Positions 49,285 through 64,000 of a stretch of DNA of 64,000 bases are shown one piece after another; the stretch's first letter is position 1, and each line of letters opens with the position of its first letter. The notes under the pieces are model-generated. The model did not search any database. It had not been told where the DNA came from and saw only the letters and a list, made by a program, of their open reading frames with translations. Both the position numbers and the translations under genes were made by a program. The stretch is from Octopus sinensis (taxonomy: Eukaryota), in assembly GCF_006345805.1 (NCBI RefSeq), contig NC_043000.1:103044001-103108000 (forward strand), given 5' to 3'.

Positions 49285-50671
49285 CATACATGAATACATA
49301 CACACACACATATACACATATGTTTATATATGCGTACATAGTGTCGACCGAATGAGAAAGGAGTTCTCAATTCACAACTCAAACACAAAGACACACAGAT
49401 ATACACAGACATGCACACATCCATATAAATACGAAAACGATGGGTTTCTTTCATTTTCCGCCTACCATATTCACTCTCAAGGCCTTGGTCCGTCCGGGGG
49501 CGATAGTAGAAGACACTCGCCTAAGGTGTCGTACTGTAGGACTGAACCCAAGACCACATGGTTAGGAACAAGCTTCTTATCGACACAGCCACGCCTGCGC
49601 CTGCGAGTAAATACATTTAAAATGTATTTGTCCGATCCTCATTATACCACTGATGATGTTACAGAAACAAGGTTTTCCATTCAGTAGATGGGGCAAAGCA
49701 AGGATAACTAAAAAAGAAAAATCTGGAATTTCTATTAATTATAACCAATATGATAGAAGAGAATAAGAAGAATGTTGATTATTAGAAATTTCTATTTCAG
49801 CTGATAATTACAGTGTAATTAAGTCATATACACAGATGGCAAAGAAATAACAGTGTATCTCGAGGAACCAAAGACTCGGTTACTGGAATTAATACTTAAA
49901 CCAATTTAATGAATGACTAATCTCTCCCCTTCTAGGGAAGCAGCAGGCTTATATTATTTTCATTTATTTTTTGTTTTTAATAACTCTCACAGGAATGACT
50001 ACTAGGGTTTCCTGAAACGTTAGAAAAAGTAAAGCAAATTGTTTGTGTTAATTGATGTTAATTGCAATTTCCAGAACTAATTTCTTACAAATTGTACAAT
50101 TAGCTGAAAGATTTAAATCCAAACCTTTCAAGCTGTAGATATATTTTAATATTTTTAGACAGAAGAGTTTCGTAAGCACTTTTGTTTTTTGAAAGTGTCA
50201 GTTTTATCCAAGACTTACATCTTCTCGGCTCAACTAGGAATCTCATCTCCGAATCTGCTTTACATCACAACATTATACATTAAGGCATCAAGTTTTAAAA
50301 TAAATAAGCTGTGACGTAGTGGGAGGTAGATTAGAAATGATGGTCATGCTATTCTGAGAAAACTTTGCAACGTATAAGAAATGTTTAGAACAGGAACAAT
50401 TATGGTAACAGTAAAGCAGAACGGGAAAGAATTAAGATTAATTGTGTGCTGTAGACTGATATGTATGAATAGAATGAAATGCCTACAACCATTTAAGGTG
50501 CACACATTGATATCGGGGTCAAAACATTTGCTTCGCATGCACTTGATTACAAGATCAATACCACTCTGCGGTGCTTTGGTTATGTGTCTTCTAACCATAG
50601 CCTCAGATTGATTAATACATTGTGAGTGGAATCATGGTGAGCGAAAACTGTGCAGAAGCCTATTGTATATG

Positions 50672-50753
<82 letters not shown>

Positions 50754-51189
50754 CATAGGGAGAATAAAGTTATGGAGACATGATCAAGAGGTGAAAACTT
50801 AACACTAGAAGCTTTATCAAAAATGCAGGTTTGAAGCTGAAAGTATATAGCAGAATCCTTGGAAAGAAAACTTACAAGATTCCGTCTAATTTTCCAATTC
50901 AAACGGATAGGATGGAACATAACAAACAGATATAACAGTAAAAGACAAGAAAAATCGGCTTTACTCTCTGATTGGTTCATCATGTCCATTTGATACTAGG
51001 GTTATGAAGAAGGCAGATGAAATGTAAAAATAATATAATCCCGTAAAATTTTAAGAGATTGTGAGGATTTGTAAAGATTGTACCGGTAAAAATTTCAAGT
51101 CTGTTTCTTCACGGATCAGGATCAGGAAAGAAATCTTCAGAAGGGTTTTGAGCATTTGAGGGGTTGCTGAAATCATGTGGACAACTAAC

Positions 51190-51780
51190 GTTACAGGGAG
51201 ATGCAGACTCTGTGGTAAGAGTGTGGAAAATGTGATCCACTTGGTAAGTGGCTAAGAGAGCCTTGCACAAAAAGAATACAAGCGCCACCACGATAAAGTG
51301 TGTGTGTATCTTCATTGGCTCTTATGTCGTAAATACCAATATGAAGTAACAGAGAACTGGTATAAGCATGTACCAAGTAAAGTTATGCAGGAGGATGGAA
51401 AAGTAACGATACTCTGGGACTATGATTTTCAGACGATTCGTGTAATCGAACATCGTCGGCCGGATATTGTCATATTGAATAATAGAGATAAATACTGTCA
51501 GATCATTGATGTAGCCGTACTAAATGACATGAATTTTATGAGTAAAGAGATTGAAAAAAATCACCAAGTACTCCGAATTGAAAGTGGAAATGGTTAAACT
51601 ATATGGAATTGGAGAAGGTAATGTAAAAGTGTACAGTGGTGATCGGAGCGTTGAGCTAAATCCCATTGAAAATTCAAGGCTTCTTAAGGCAACCGGAAAT
51701 CCCATGCAAGATCGATGTCTTGCAAAAGCAACCTTATTGGAAACAGCGCACATCTGTCTGAGGTCCTTGTTGTGACTTGA
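51190..51780 (+). mobile_element. R4/Dong-clade LINE C-terminus (zinc knuckle plus restriction-like endonuclease), decayed
   Basis: RCRLCGKSVENVIHLVSG*...HDKVCVYLHWLLCRKY...ILWDYDFQT...IEHRRPDIVI...IIDVAV...KITKYSELK...LLETAHI. Confidence 0.9.
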
Positions 51781-51799
51781 CAGATGGCTAAAGACTACG

Positions 51800-52190
51800 G
51801 TGCATTTTTAGATACACTGTTTTACGAAGGAATAATAATACACGACATGAAAGGAAAGACAAAAAGAGAGTACCTACGGCGAGTGAGAAAAATATTGGCT
51901 TCAAAGCTGAATGCCAGAAACATAATTTCGGCAATAAACTCGCGTCCAGTCGCAGCAGTTCGGTATGGCGCTGGAATCCCGAAGTGGATAGCGAAGGAGC
52001 TAAAGGAGATGGACTGGTAGTCAAGAAAGCTCCTAATGATGCATGGAACCTATCATCTACGTACAGGCACTGATCGCCTATACATGAAGAAAGCAAATGG
52101 AGGAAGGGGATTGATAAATGTGGAAGACTGTGTACGTATCGAACTCGAGAGCTTAATGAGATACCTAGCCCAAAGGGTCAAAGAGGCATG
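51800..52190 (+). mobile_element. R4/Dong-clade LINE post-RT (thumb) fragment
   Basis: EYLRRVRKILASKLNARNIISAINS...RYGAG, then RKLLMMHG..H....DRLYMKKANGGRGLINVEDC. Confidence 0.88.
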
Positions 52191-53341
52191 CAATGTCAAC
52201 TGCATAGCGTATCGTGTTTTCTTCTTTGGGGATCCGGCCGGGGTGACTGTTCGTGTTGGTTGGCCACATGCCCCATAGTCATTACAAATGAAGAAATATC
52301 TCATCGATGGGGACTGACTGGGACACTGCTCGGAGGGTTGCCCCAGATGACTCAAGCAGATACTAACAAATGGTTCCCACTAACTATGAGCTGACCGGCG
52401 TTTATGACTTTCTCAAGATTATTACTTTGGATTATGGAAGTGACTTTAACAGAGGTTAATCCCTTTCTTGTTATTAATTTACACGATAAGGGAGCGAGCT
52501 GGCAGAAGCGTTAGCACACCAGGCTAATTGCTTGGCGGCATTTCGTCAGTCTGAGTTCAAATACCGCCGAGGTCGACTTTGCCTTTCATCCTTTCGGGGT
52601 TGATAAATTAAGCACCAGTGAAACACTGGGGGCCAATGTAATTTACTAATCTCCTCATACCAAATTTCATGCCTTGTACCTTTAGTAGAAAGAATTATTA
52701 ATTTACGCGATAAGGCGGCGAGCTGACAGAAGCTGGCAGAAGCGTTCTGAGTTCAGATTCCGCCGAGGTCGACTTTGCCTTTCATCCTTCCGGGGTCGAT
52801 AAAATAAGTACCACTTGAGCATGTAATCGACTTTCCCGACCCCCGAAACAGCTGGCCTTGTGTCAAAATTTTTAACCGTTATTAATTTACATGAGAATAA
52901 ATTAAAATTTCGCTCAGTACAAAAGTCTTTTCTTTCAGAAAGTGTTAAAATATAGTGTCGTGTTAATCATACTGTTTGCATTGATATTAGTAGCATAAAG
53001 AGAAATTAAACGTTTTTAAGCGAAAACTGTAATTATATCTTGCAACTTCTCTGATTACTGTGTATTAAATATCACAGAAGCGTTTGCCCTTACTAATAAT
53101 GTAATAATTAATAAACACATTAATTTACCGCGAGTAAACCACCGAAAATGTATATTCGTATCGTTTTACTAAGAAAACTGAGACATATTTGCTCGTTTAG
53201 CTTATTTGATAACCCGTGTTATTCATTAAATGATCACTGCCTGTCTTAACGCTTTCTACAGTCTTAATTAACCAAACTATCAAACTTCATTTGCCAGTTT
53301 TTTTGGGGTTTTTTTTTTTGTATTATTGGAATGGTTGGTTG

Positions 53342-53883
53342 CAGTGTTTCTTAACCTTTTTTGTCTCGCACCCCACTTCGATTTTCAAAAAACAAAAATA
53401 AAAAGAATCATACGCCTGTCCCTCCATGAGTGAAGAAATTTAGCATAAATCATAAACACACACACACACATTCACACACAATGCGATTTAAGTTGAACAA
53501 CAAATAAACAGTATTTGGAGCTCCATATTTATTCTAGTTACTATTAATGACTTCGTGTCATTTGGTAGGGTTCGACAGTTGAGTATGTCACAAAGAACAT
53601 ATGTAATAAACAAAACAAAATAGAATTGTTTTTTTTTTATAAAATATCTAATTACATTATCTTACGCACGTTGTTATATCTTCAAAGATGTTTTGCCTTT
53701 ATACGCATCGTAACTGAATTAGTGACAGTTACCGTCATGGCGATAGCAACCAAAGGAAATTTCAATTAAAATTTTATTGCTAGTTTTACTCACTTGCTAT
53801 TTACTTACGCCATATTCTTAAATTCTACGCCCTACCAAAATAAAATCCCGTTGGTGGAGATGCTCCAGCCTTGAAAAGCACTG
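53342..53883. mobile_element. Putative hAT (Charlie-like) MITE
   Basis: Imperfect TIRs CAGTGTTTCTTAACC and CAGTGCTTTTCAAGG. The right flank GTCTAGAG fits the NTCTAGAN target preference, but the left flank does not match it. Confidence 0.45.
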
Positions 53884-54572
53884 GTCTAGAGGAAGTGATT
53901 GTGCCCATGACGTACGTATCTTTAACCGACGAGATCAACGTGGTTGATATTCCCCTTTATTAGAAGAAAGACGGAGGCAGCAGGAAGTTTTCATTAATTT
54001 TACGTGCAAATAAGCTGATTTAATACACCGCATATCAATGATTCCGCCGAGGTCGACTTTGCCTTTCATCCTTTCGGGGGTCGATAAATTAAGTACCAGT
54101 TACGCACTGGGGTCGATGTAATCGACTTAATCCGTTTGTCTGTCCTTGTTTGTCCTCTCTATGTTTAGCCCCTTGTGGGCAATAAAGAAATAAAAATGAT
54201 GTTCTTTCCATGCATAATGTAGTCAGAACTACATTGCAAATGAGTCCTTATATCTTCAGCATTAAGAACATTATTTTAAGGGAGATTCGGCAGTTGTTTC
54301 TAGTGGGTCGGTCGAGCGACTGCATAGAGGCTCTTTCAGATATTGGACGACTGGGATCGAGTTAGTGCAACTAATGTTCCGTTTGTGTTGTTGCAGGTAA
54401 CTAGATAATGCAAAGATATGGTTGACAAAAAGAGTTGTAAAAGATGACCTTTGGGAAAAGTAGCCTATTATTTCTTTTTCCACTTTTCCTTTCTTTAATT
54501 CTTGCCTTATACATTCTCTTTTTTTCTTTTCCTTTTTCTTTCTTCATAGAGTATCTCTCTCTCTCTCTCTCA

Positions 54573-54659
<87 letters not shown>

Positions 54660-54724
54660 CCTACTTACCTACCTACCTACCTACCTACCTACCTACCTAC
54701 CTACCAACCTACCTACCTACCTAC

Positions 54725-54769
<45 letters not shown>

Positions 54770-54775
54770 AACCTT

Positions 54776-54851
<76 letters not shown>

Positions 54852-54856
54852 CCTAC

Positions 54857-54934
<78 letters not shown>

Positions 54935-57900
54935 GTCTGTCTGTCTGTCTGTCTGTCTAGTCTTTCTACCTGTCTTTTTATCACTATGACTGTCTCTCTC
55001 TCTTAGTTTATGCAAGTCTTTCGTTTGTTTGTCTCTGTCGGTTTACCGTTTATTCTTATTACATACACATACAAACACTCAACACACACACACATGGTTG
55101 TCATCATATATATATATAACTGTCCTTTTGTGTACCTTTATAGCTGTTTGTATGCGTGTACGTATATACTTATTCATACAAATATCTTTATGACTACACT
55201 CACACACTCACGACCCCACCACACACACACAACTTCAGTTGTTGTTGAAAATGGAATTATAAACATAAGTAGCTTCTGAACTTATTCTTCAAATCTGTGT
55301 TCAAGAAAAGAAAAAAAAATTAGGCAAGTTGGGGATTGGTAGGGACTATACACAACTGGGACATTCTTAAAAACAGAAATATTAATCCTTAACCTTTCAG
55401 TAAGATGGCGTTGCTGTTTTAACATTTCCTGTCAAAATGTTTTTCTGACCCCGCGCTTTCTCTCCCTCTGTACATACATGTATACTTACATATATACATT
55501 ATATATACATATACACATATCTACACGCACACATTTTCCATTTTAAGCGAAATCCCCGCTAGGTGAGAATATTCGTCAGGATCCTGTGACAAGTGCCATG
55601 TTCCAGCTGAAACCATAATGGTTGAGGCACCTAACTGAAGATCTTTTTAAATATGTTACTTCAGCTGTATATCATTAACAAACATATGCCAGAGCATTTG
55701 AACCGAGTTAAATATCAGTTATCAAGTGAGATCTTCTTATCTTCTATCATAATTCCATTGACATCTTTGATGTTTTATAGGAATATTAACAGAAGTACCT
55801 GGTCTTGCCAGAATTTAAAGAAAATATTATAAAAATCACTTACTTTATGATATTTCCATTGAAAATATGGGCCTCTCGGTAAAATTTCACCTATTTCAGT
55901 GAAAACTGTGACCAGCAACTTGGAATATACAATATACGTTCGGTTTTTGTATATTAAGTCGATGCTGGTGTTGAGTGGTACGTCATTTTATCGACTCTAC
56001 ATAGATAAAAAAAAAACAACTAAACCTGGGGATGATTTGAACTCCTTATATAAAGTCGTGTGACTAAGTCCGTAAATCATTTTATCCGGCACTCCCGATT
56101 CTTCAAATTTACTACTCTTCACGTACATGAATAATAATTCCTAAAAGATACAAGAATATCGAATTTTGGCAGGAGGCTACAGTTCATTAAACACTTTACA
56201 TGCGCAGTAGGACTGAACCCATGACCACGTGGTTGGGAAGCAAGTTTCTTAATCACACTTGGTGAAGAATACTCCAATAGCCTATCGAGGGCTACATTTG
56301 AATTACCCAAGGGTACTACCATCTTTGTGGATCACTTAAGGCTAAAGGTGCTCACGAATACATTCTTAGGACCCAGTTTGCAGGAGATGATCGAAGCTGA
56401 AGATGGTAGAAATTGTGGGGCACCTTTATTTTATCTATGTGATGGCTTTTCACTCCTTCTGGAAAAAGTTGCTTTATTTTTGAATTATTTAGATTTTTAG
56501 AAAAATATTTAACCCGTTTCAATATATTGTACTATCTTCCTTATTTTACAGATGGAACGACAAGTTGTGCAATCTTTTTATGAGGCATAATTTGTATTGC
56601 AGCAGGTCAGTGGATTTGTAGAATACTTAGAGCATCTGACAAATGCTTTGCCGCGTTTGTTTCAGCTCTTTAGTTCTGAATTCAAATCCTGTTATGGTCA
56701 ACTTTAGTTTTCAGTTCATCAGCATCGATAAAACGAAGTAGCAGACTACAGTAAAATTACTGGTCTTGTGCTTTAATTATAACAGTTAAGTGAGAGCTGG
56801 GTGCTATCTCTAACATAGATGCTCCACCTCATTTGTTCTGTTGTTAGTGATTACAAAAGAATTGGATAGAACAGAAACTATAGAACACTGAGAAAAATTC
56901 TTTGTGTTTTGTTGTGTCTGTTTATGTATTTACTTCAAATCAAGATTGTTTTAGCAGCATTGTAGGCCCCCATAATATTTATTTATTGACAGCAACTCAT
57001 AGCATACATAGACCAGGATTGGGTCCCTGGGCCTGTGAGGTCCCGGACAAGTACCCAATGTAACCATGCCTCAAGACGACATTGTTTCAAATACAAACTT
57101 CGCATTCAATTTCTCTGGTTGTGAGTAAAATTCGTAGCAGCTGTTGTGATTTTCTCAATGTTGTGTTTACTCCAAAAGAATTTAAATATTGCAACATGAA
57201 CAGAATAATTTCTACTCGAATTGACTTGAGAACTGAAAATCTTTTGAAGAGAATGTGGTCACAAGGACTAGCCTCTGAAAAGATTTGTAGAGCAATTTGT
57301 ATTCAATTTGGAATAAGGTTCCATACCAAAAGCACTAATTCATGGGAAGAAATAAGACCTAGTTATAACCTTGTTCGATTCAATCGACCATCTACTCATC
57401 CTATCATTTGAAGCTTGTACCAACGTGAGAAACAAATAAATGCTGTAATGGGGTGTCGAGAAGGTAACTGATTTATAGCATTTTATTGTATCTTTGAGTT
57501 TTCTGATATCAGATTCTTCTTCGGCCAAATCTGAGATCGATAAATAAGCATCAGTCATTCAATGTGGTCGATTTTAGAAAATATACGCTTTCATTGATAA
57601 AAGCTGACTTGTGCTTATGTGAGAAACTTTGTATTACGAACGTAACAAGGTTGTGAGTTGGCAGAACCGTTAGAGCGTTGGGAAAACAATGCTTTACCGT
57701 ATTCGTCCCACCTCTTTATATTTTGTGTTCAAATTCTGCGAAGGACAACTTTATTTTTCGGGATCGATAAAATAAAGTATTATTTAAGTACTGGGATCCG
57801 TGGTGTCGACTAATGCTCTCTCCTCAAAAATTGTTGGTCTTATAGCCAAAATCAGAAATCGTGTTGTCACATGACATTTTTACCAGTTTTTTTAAAATGA

Positions 57901-59774
57901 ACTTCTCGACACACTTCACAATGCATCCTATTTTATGTTGAAGTCTGAAAGAGAGACGATATTTATGACCTCGGCAGATCTTCTTTGATTGGTCAAATCA
58001 GTAACTGTTTATGTTCAGTTTCGACATAGTTTAGCCTTTTTATCTTATTCAGCCATAGTCACGTTTTTTTCTCTCTCTAAACGAATAGAAATATGTAACC
58101 TTTTGCAGAGAAAACAGCAAGCATAACTTATTCCCTGAGAAAACATCATTACTTACGCAGCTTTACTTCATGACATATCTGATAACTAGAACAGCCATTT
58201 TGTTGTATTAAAAAATAAACGAAAAAATAAATTACTCTTGAAAATGATTCGGTTGAGTGTTCACATTTTGCCTGCCAGTGAACATAGAAGAGTCAAAAGA
58301 GAAAATTCAAAAGAGCAAACACACGATTGCACAATGCATATACGTGCATTGTTTTGCATGCGAATGCACATACACGACATGGGAAATTATGAATATAAAC
58401 TTGTATGCAAAACGTATTTGATATTTGATATTACTAGCATAAGTTCATAACATCTACATCAATAACTACACATACACACACGCAAACACACACCACAAAC
58501 ACACACACGCACACACACATACACACATACACACACACACACACACAAACACACACACGTATGTACACAACGCGCGCACATTCATACAGTCAACATTTAC
58601 AATGAAAGTATTGAATACTAGAGACATCGCGATTCAAAGTAAGGATTATAAACCTTTGTGCACGCGAGATCACGTACAAACAAAAGTACACGCGCGCAGA
58701 CATAATTACTAATAGAAGACTAGTAAATCATTAAAAATTCAAGTGTATAAGAGACAGGAATAAAGAAAAGTCATTAAACCAATAGAAGTGTCGATGCAGT
58801 TGTTATTGTTGTCTAGTCCCAAGTTGGGTTAGATCGATCAGACATTTTAGTACAAGTGTTCTCTGACGATGATCATCTCACAAGCCTGATTAAGTAGACT
58901 GATGACCGAAGTTCTGTAAGTGAATTTTGATACACACATATGTCTATTTTACGAATTCTGAGAAACGATGTACATAAGTTGTCATGTATCATATTGGACC
59001 GTTGAAGCGTTTGACATGAACTTTCATAGTCGACGCTATGTCTCTTATACTGACAGAATCAATAGAATTTTAGTCTTCATATTGAAAAATCGATGGTTCG
59101 TACGAAATCAGTGCTGTACTGTAATAACATGCCAAATTGTCAATCTCCATGTAAATACATACCATGTCGTGACACAGTCGTTCGACAGTGTTGCGTAGTC
59201 CCAGGGAATCTCTGATCAGGCGGACCTGGGTCTGCACAACTGGGGAAAGAGATGGGATGGTCGAAATGGTCAAACTTTGAACAATTCGTTCCTTTCTCAG
59301 GATCAGTACACCTTCGGCTTTTTTCATCCAAAAGGCTTTTTCGACTCAATATTTACACGAAATTATTTATAGCTTCGAGATCCACTGTTCCAAGAAAATA
59401 ATTATTTCGCATTCCCTCGAAATCTGTAAATTCTTACGACACCAGCAATTCTCGCCGGTAAGAAGAGAGTTTACAAAATGGAATACAGAAATTCGAGGGA
59501 ATGTTTTGATCCAATAGAAAAACGCCTGTCATGTTTACAGTAGATGTGGATTCGAGTCTGACGAGCAGCCTTCCATTTATTGTCCGAAAGGGTTTTAATT
59601 CAATTTTTACATGCTATAGATTATAGCTTTATATGCTTTCAGATTCATCATTTCCACAAAAGAATTTTTCACGTTCTCTCAAAATTTATAAATTCTTATG
59701 ACGTCATCAATATACATACATACATAAAAATACACATACATACATACATACATACATACATACATCGTTAATCC

Positions 59775-59950
59775 CGACACATTTTCTCCCCCCGCTTTAT
59801 TTCTCACTCTCTCTCCATTTATTTCCTTTTATCGTTTTCTGCTGAAGAACGTAGGCTCGAAACGTCAAAGACTTTTCTATTCTTCCCGAGCGTCAAACTA
59901 ATACACCAGTTTGATGTTTCCTTGCTTGCTTTGTCTTTTGTTTTCTATAC
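59775..59950 (+). mobile_element. Family A pseudo-LTR unit with a hammerhead-like motif at 59835-59870
   Basis: UUUU-CUGCUGA-A-GAAC-GUAG-GCUC-GAA-ACGU-C-AAAG (GUC triplet). Confidence 0.7.
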
Positions 59951-59989
59951 ATTTGAATCATATATATGTATGTGTGTGTGTGTATGTGT

Positions 59990-60026
<37 letters not shown>

Positions 60027-61245
60027 AGAGAGAGAGAGAAGAAGAGAGAGAGAAAGTACGTTTCACAACTGTGATTGTTTGGAAACTCGGCATGGACGTT
60101 CTGATGTTCATTTGCTCTGTATATCATAAGCAGTAATATTACTAAATAAAATCCTAACCAAAACTACTGCACTGGAAGTAGACTGGATGATGATAATTTA
60201 CGAAGAACTCTAATCTCAATAGCCCCAGTCGTACATTTAACTGTACTCATAAGATATACTCTGTGTGTGTGTTTGTGTGTGACTATGTATGTGTGTGTGT
60301 TTGTATGCGTGTGTGTGTGTCTACATGCATGTGTCATCACTATTCCCACCGCATTTTAACCAGAGTCGGTTTGTTTACGTCCCAGTAATTTAGCGCTTCG
60401 GCAAAAGGGAGAAAGAATAAATGCCATACTTTAAAAACATCACAAGTATTAGGGTTGTCTTGTTCGACTGAAACCTCTTCCAAGTGATGCCCCAGTATGG
60501 CAGCAGTCCAATGACTGAAACAAGTAAAAGAGTAAACATAAAAGACTAAACCGCGAATTGAAACATATATAGTTGTACTACTTAGGGAGGGTCATTCTAG
60601 CAATAAAACACACACAGTTCACTTCCGTTTTATTATTAATTAACTACTAAGTTAATTAACTGCTGAATTGATTAAATTGTCAAGGTTCTTTTTGTCGCAC
60701 TCTGTAACATACATCAATATGTTACAGCTAGTTCTGTGTGAATTTACTTTGTATGCACTCACTCAAGTACTCCATGTCAGCTTCTTAATATGCAATTATT
60801 AAAGTCCGAAAAAGAAAATAATAAGTGTTTACGAAGTGAATGCATACTAGCAACATTGATAAGGTTACGGAGTGTGAAGCAAAACTTTACACTAATTAAT
60901 TAGTCTATTAATTTACTGATTAGTTAACTAATTCGCTGATAAATTAACTGCTAATAAAATAGTAGAAATAAATGTGTGTTTCCTTGGCAGAACGGTCCGA
61001 TAAAAGAAAACACACACACACACGTACACATGCCGTTACACACAGAGCCAAGCATACGCCCTTTGCGCGCGCGCACGCTCACACATATCCTTTATCTTTT
61101 GTCTTAATACTTATTTCCACCATTGGACTACAGTCTTGCAGTATTTTTAGTTGAATAAATCGAACTCAGAACTTATACTTCTGAAAGCGTGTGCGGGAAC
61201 GTAAACGCACCAAGGTTGTCGAGCGGTGAACAAACACAAGCTCAA

Positions 61246-61277
<32 letters not shown>

Positions 61278-61286
61278 ACACACACA

Positions 61287-61339
<53 letters not shown>

Positions 61340-61415
61340 CATACATAAACACACACACACACATATTTGTACATGACTGGTTTCTATTAGTTTCTGTCAA
61401 CCAAATCCAGTCACA

Positions 61416-61713
61416 GTGGAGGCACATGGCCTAGTGGTTAGAGCACCGGGCTCGTGGGTTCGAATCACAGACCGGGCGATGTGAGTGCTTATGAGCGAAA
61501 TACCTAAGCTCTACGGCTCTGACAAAAGGTAATGGCGAACTTCCGCTGACTCTTTCGCCACAACTTTCTCTCACTCTTTCCTCCTGCATCTAGCCGCTCA
61601 CCTGTGACGGATCGGCGTCCCGTCCAGATGGGGAACCTGTTCGCCAATGAAACCGGGAAACAGGCCTTTATGAACCAGGCATAACTCGAGAAGGAACAAA
61701 CAACAACAACAAC
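61416..61713 (+). mobile_element. SINE family R, tail type B ending in (CAA)n
   Basis: Head and body are shared with 23244-23435 up to about 61587. A different tail follows: GACGGATCGGCGTCCCGTCCAG...GAAACCGGGAAAC...CTCGAGAAGGAACAAACAACAAC. Confidence 0.82.
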
Positions 61714-61812
61714 AAATCCAGTCATATATACTGTTGCATATATCTAAATATAAATACTATATATATTACATAAATATATAATCTATTATATATAGATACA
61801 CACACAGACACA

Positions 61813-61843
<31 letters not shown>

Positions 61844-61861
61844 AACACAAACATTTATATA

Positions 61862-62055
61862 TCTATTATATAAAATCCGTTCTGTCTGTGCGTGTGTCTT
61901 CTAGGATCTCGGGCATCCTCCATCCGATTGCGCTCAAATTTGATATGTAGATACCGATGGTATCAGGGTGTGTATAAGGCTTGAAAAAATTGCAAAAATC
62001 GATTCTCGGTGAGAATGCGATTGATAAAGCCGTGGGAACGTGCATTTGTATGCGC
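61862..62055 (+). mobile_element. Helitron-like non-autonomous 5' end
   Basis: Begins at A|TC with TCTATTATATAAAAT, then CTGTCTGTGCGTGTGTC and CATCCGATTGCGCTCAAATTTGATATGTAG, a layout typical of non-autonomous Helitron 5' ends. No 3' CTRR end found. Confidence 0.45.
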
Positions 62056-63098
62056 AAATATATATAAATATATATAATCCTTCCATCTAGATTTACCTCC
62101 AGCTAACCCATTTGCATGCATAGTTTTTGTCCTGCTTTTCTTCCGTCAACCTGTACATAACTGCACCTTCCATTTTTTGTTGTTCTTGTACTGCTTAAAG
62201 GCACGTTTCTTTCCTGCCAAGCTTACTGTTTAAACCATGTTTGTGCTCTCCCAGTCAACAGCCTTATCATTACTGGTACTTTAAACTCGTCGGTTGCATA
62301 ATTGTGTGAATAAAATCGTTTTTCTTTGGATTAGAAAAAAAGTCTATCTTTATTTCTTCTTTTGCTGGTGTCTCAAATTTAGGTTAAATTAGTGTTTCTC
62401 AAGGGGAGGCATATGGGACGGTCGGACAGGTTATTTTGAGAAAATTTGGTTTAAATGTTTGACAACTCAGCACCGTCCATTGGACGTGGAGGGGGCGTTT
62501 TGCTCCTATATATATATATATAAATATATCTGTAACAAGTAATGTTACTGTTAGATTGTTCAAACTCAGTGCACCCTAATAATCAACATGAAGTGAATAA
62601 AGATATTGCTTACAACTTTTATTTTCTTCTGAATTCTACATAGGCTAACTAAACAAATTTAGGCTGTCTAAGTAATAGGCTATTTAACAGTGGTAATGGG
62701 AGAATGACAATGATAAAGCTCGCCCACTCTTGGTACTAAGAAGAACAGCTTGCTAGAAACGAACGACAATATTGCATGTGGAATTAAATACGACTGACCC
62801 CCTAATAATCTGTGAGGGTTCGTATTTATACCTATGGGAAAGCTGAATATATGCCGGAGAACAATGAAAAGTAAATTATCTTATCTATGTTAATCTGCTT
62901 TTGACATAAGAATGTTAACTCAAACAGGGGAACGAAAACAGGTGTGATAAGTGTACTCATGTTAATTGCTGAGAACAGTGGAAAGAAAAATCTAAGGTAA
63001 GGTTTCGATTCCTGGCTAAGAATCCAACAAACGATTTCTCTCTCTCCCTCACACATACACACTGACACACACGCACATACACACACATATATACGCAC

Positions 63099-63141
<43 letters not shown>

Positions 63142-64000
63142 ATATACATTTGTTTGTATATATATATGTATATATATAGTGTAATAAATAAAATATATGC
63201 ATACATACAAACATATATGTACGTACCGACATCTACATGTATATATACATGCATATATAAATATATATATACGTACAGGACATCACAAGAAGACGAAAAT
63301 ATCAACGGAACGAAAACGGAGAAGACATTTTGTTACAACAGAAGGACAGAGACGTGGAACAAGACGAAACGAAAACGAAAACGGGAAAAACAATTATGGG
63401 CAGCAGAAAAACGAAGTACAGGACATGCTACACAAGGAAAAATCCCACAGGCATACCTCACCCAACGTCGTTAAATGGTTCCAGTAGACACAACTTAAGT
63501 CGAAAAATTACTTCAGTCGAATTACCTTGTCTTGTCTCTAGGCTGGGCTAGGCCGAATGTACTTGTCTCTAGGTTAAACCGATAATAACCATTCCCAGTT
63601 CTTTAAAGATTTTACCTCATTTCTTATTGATGACAGTGTTCTTCATCCCTAGGGCTTCAGATTCGATATATGCTAAAATCTTGTCCTTATTATGTTGATA
63701 CAGTTATCCGACTCAACCCAAAAGATCGTGCAGTTGCTACCACTACTTCGCCTTTTTCATGGCGTTTTATCATAGCCAGTTTATCTTCCAGCGTTATAGC
63801 ATTTCTTAGGAGCCACGGGGGACGAAAAATAAAGTCACAAATAAACGAGAATGAGAAAGTAGCCGATAAATAGACGTAAACAAATCTGAACTTAAAACAA
63901 TCGCGGGAATCACGAGTGACAACGACACCTAACGATAGATATTGGAACTACAGTGCAATATGAGCTCCGGAAGACCGATAACTAAGACAACACAGATGAT

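Noticed and set aside
54444-54989. 181-aa ORF and similar YIYI, LSIY, THTH and CVCV ORFs across the window
   Set aside because: These are simple-repeat reading frames.
57082-57558. 109-aa ORF and a faint hAT dimerisation-like phrase (KRFSVLKSI) on the minus strand
   Set aside because: The similarity is too weak to call without a profile search.
59080-59350. Possible mariner C-terminal remnant (FDHFDHP...PD...F) on the minus strand
   Set aside because: The YSPDLAP motif is not recognisable enough; an HMM search is needed.

Overview
AT-rich, microsatellite-dense eukaryotic DNA made almost entirely of transposon debris. The SINE families and repeat landscape suggest an octopus or other coleoid cephalopod genome (inference from recalled repeat families, not a database hit). 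I found no supportable host-gene exon, and most track ORFs are microsatellite artefacts. Contents: two decayed CR1/L2-group LINEs in opposite orientation (1-3200 + and 36100-39320 -); several Penelope-like element (PLE) fragments with RT or GIY-YIG domains; R4/Dong, HERO-like and RTE LINE fragments; Tc1 and mariner remnants; MITE-like elements; and about 25 copies of at least four tRNA-derived SINE families. Most interesting signals: (1) at least four distinct families of minimal type I hammerhead-ribozyme-like motifs in PLE pseudo-LTR units, several with palindromic stem III and atypical cores, often inside fold-back palindromes; (2) a two-stem 3' structure with compensatory substitutions shared by the LINEs and the most abundant SINE; (3) a twin-priming-like inversion in a PLE. 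All structures were folded by eye and element boundaries are approximate.
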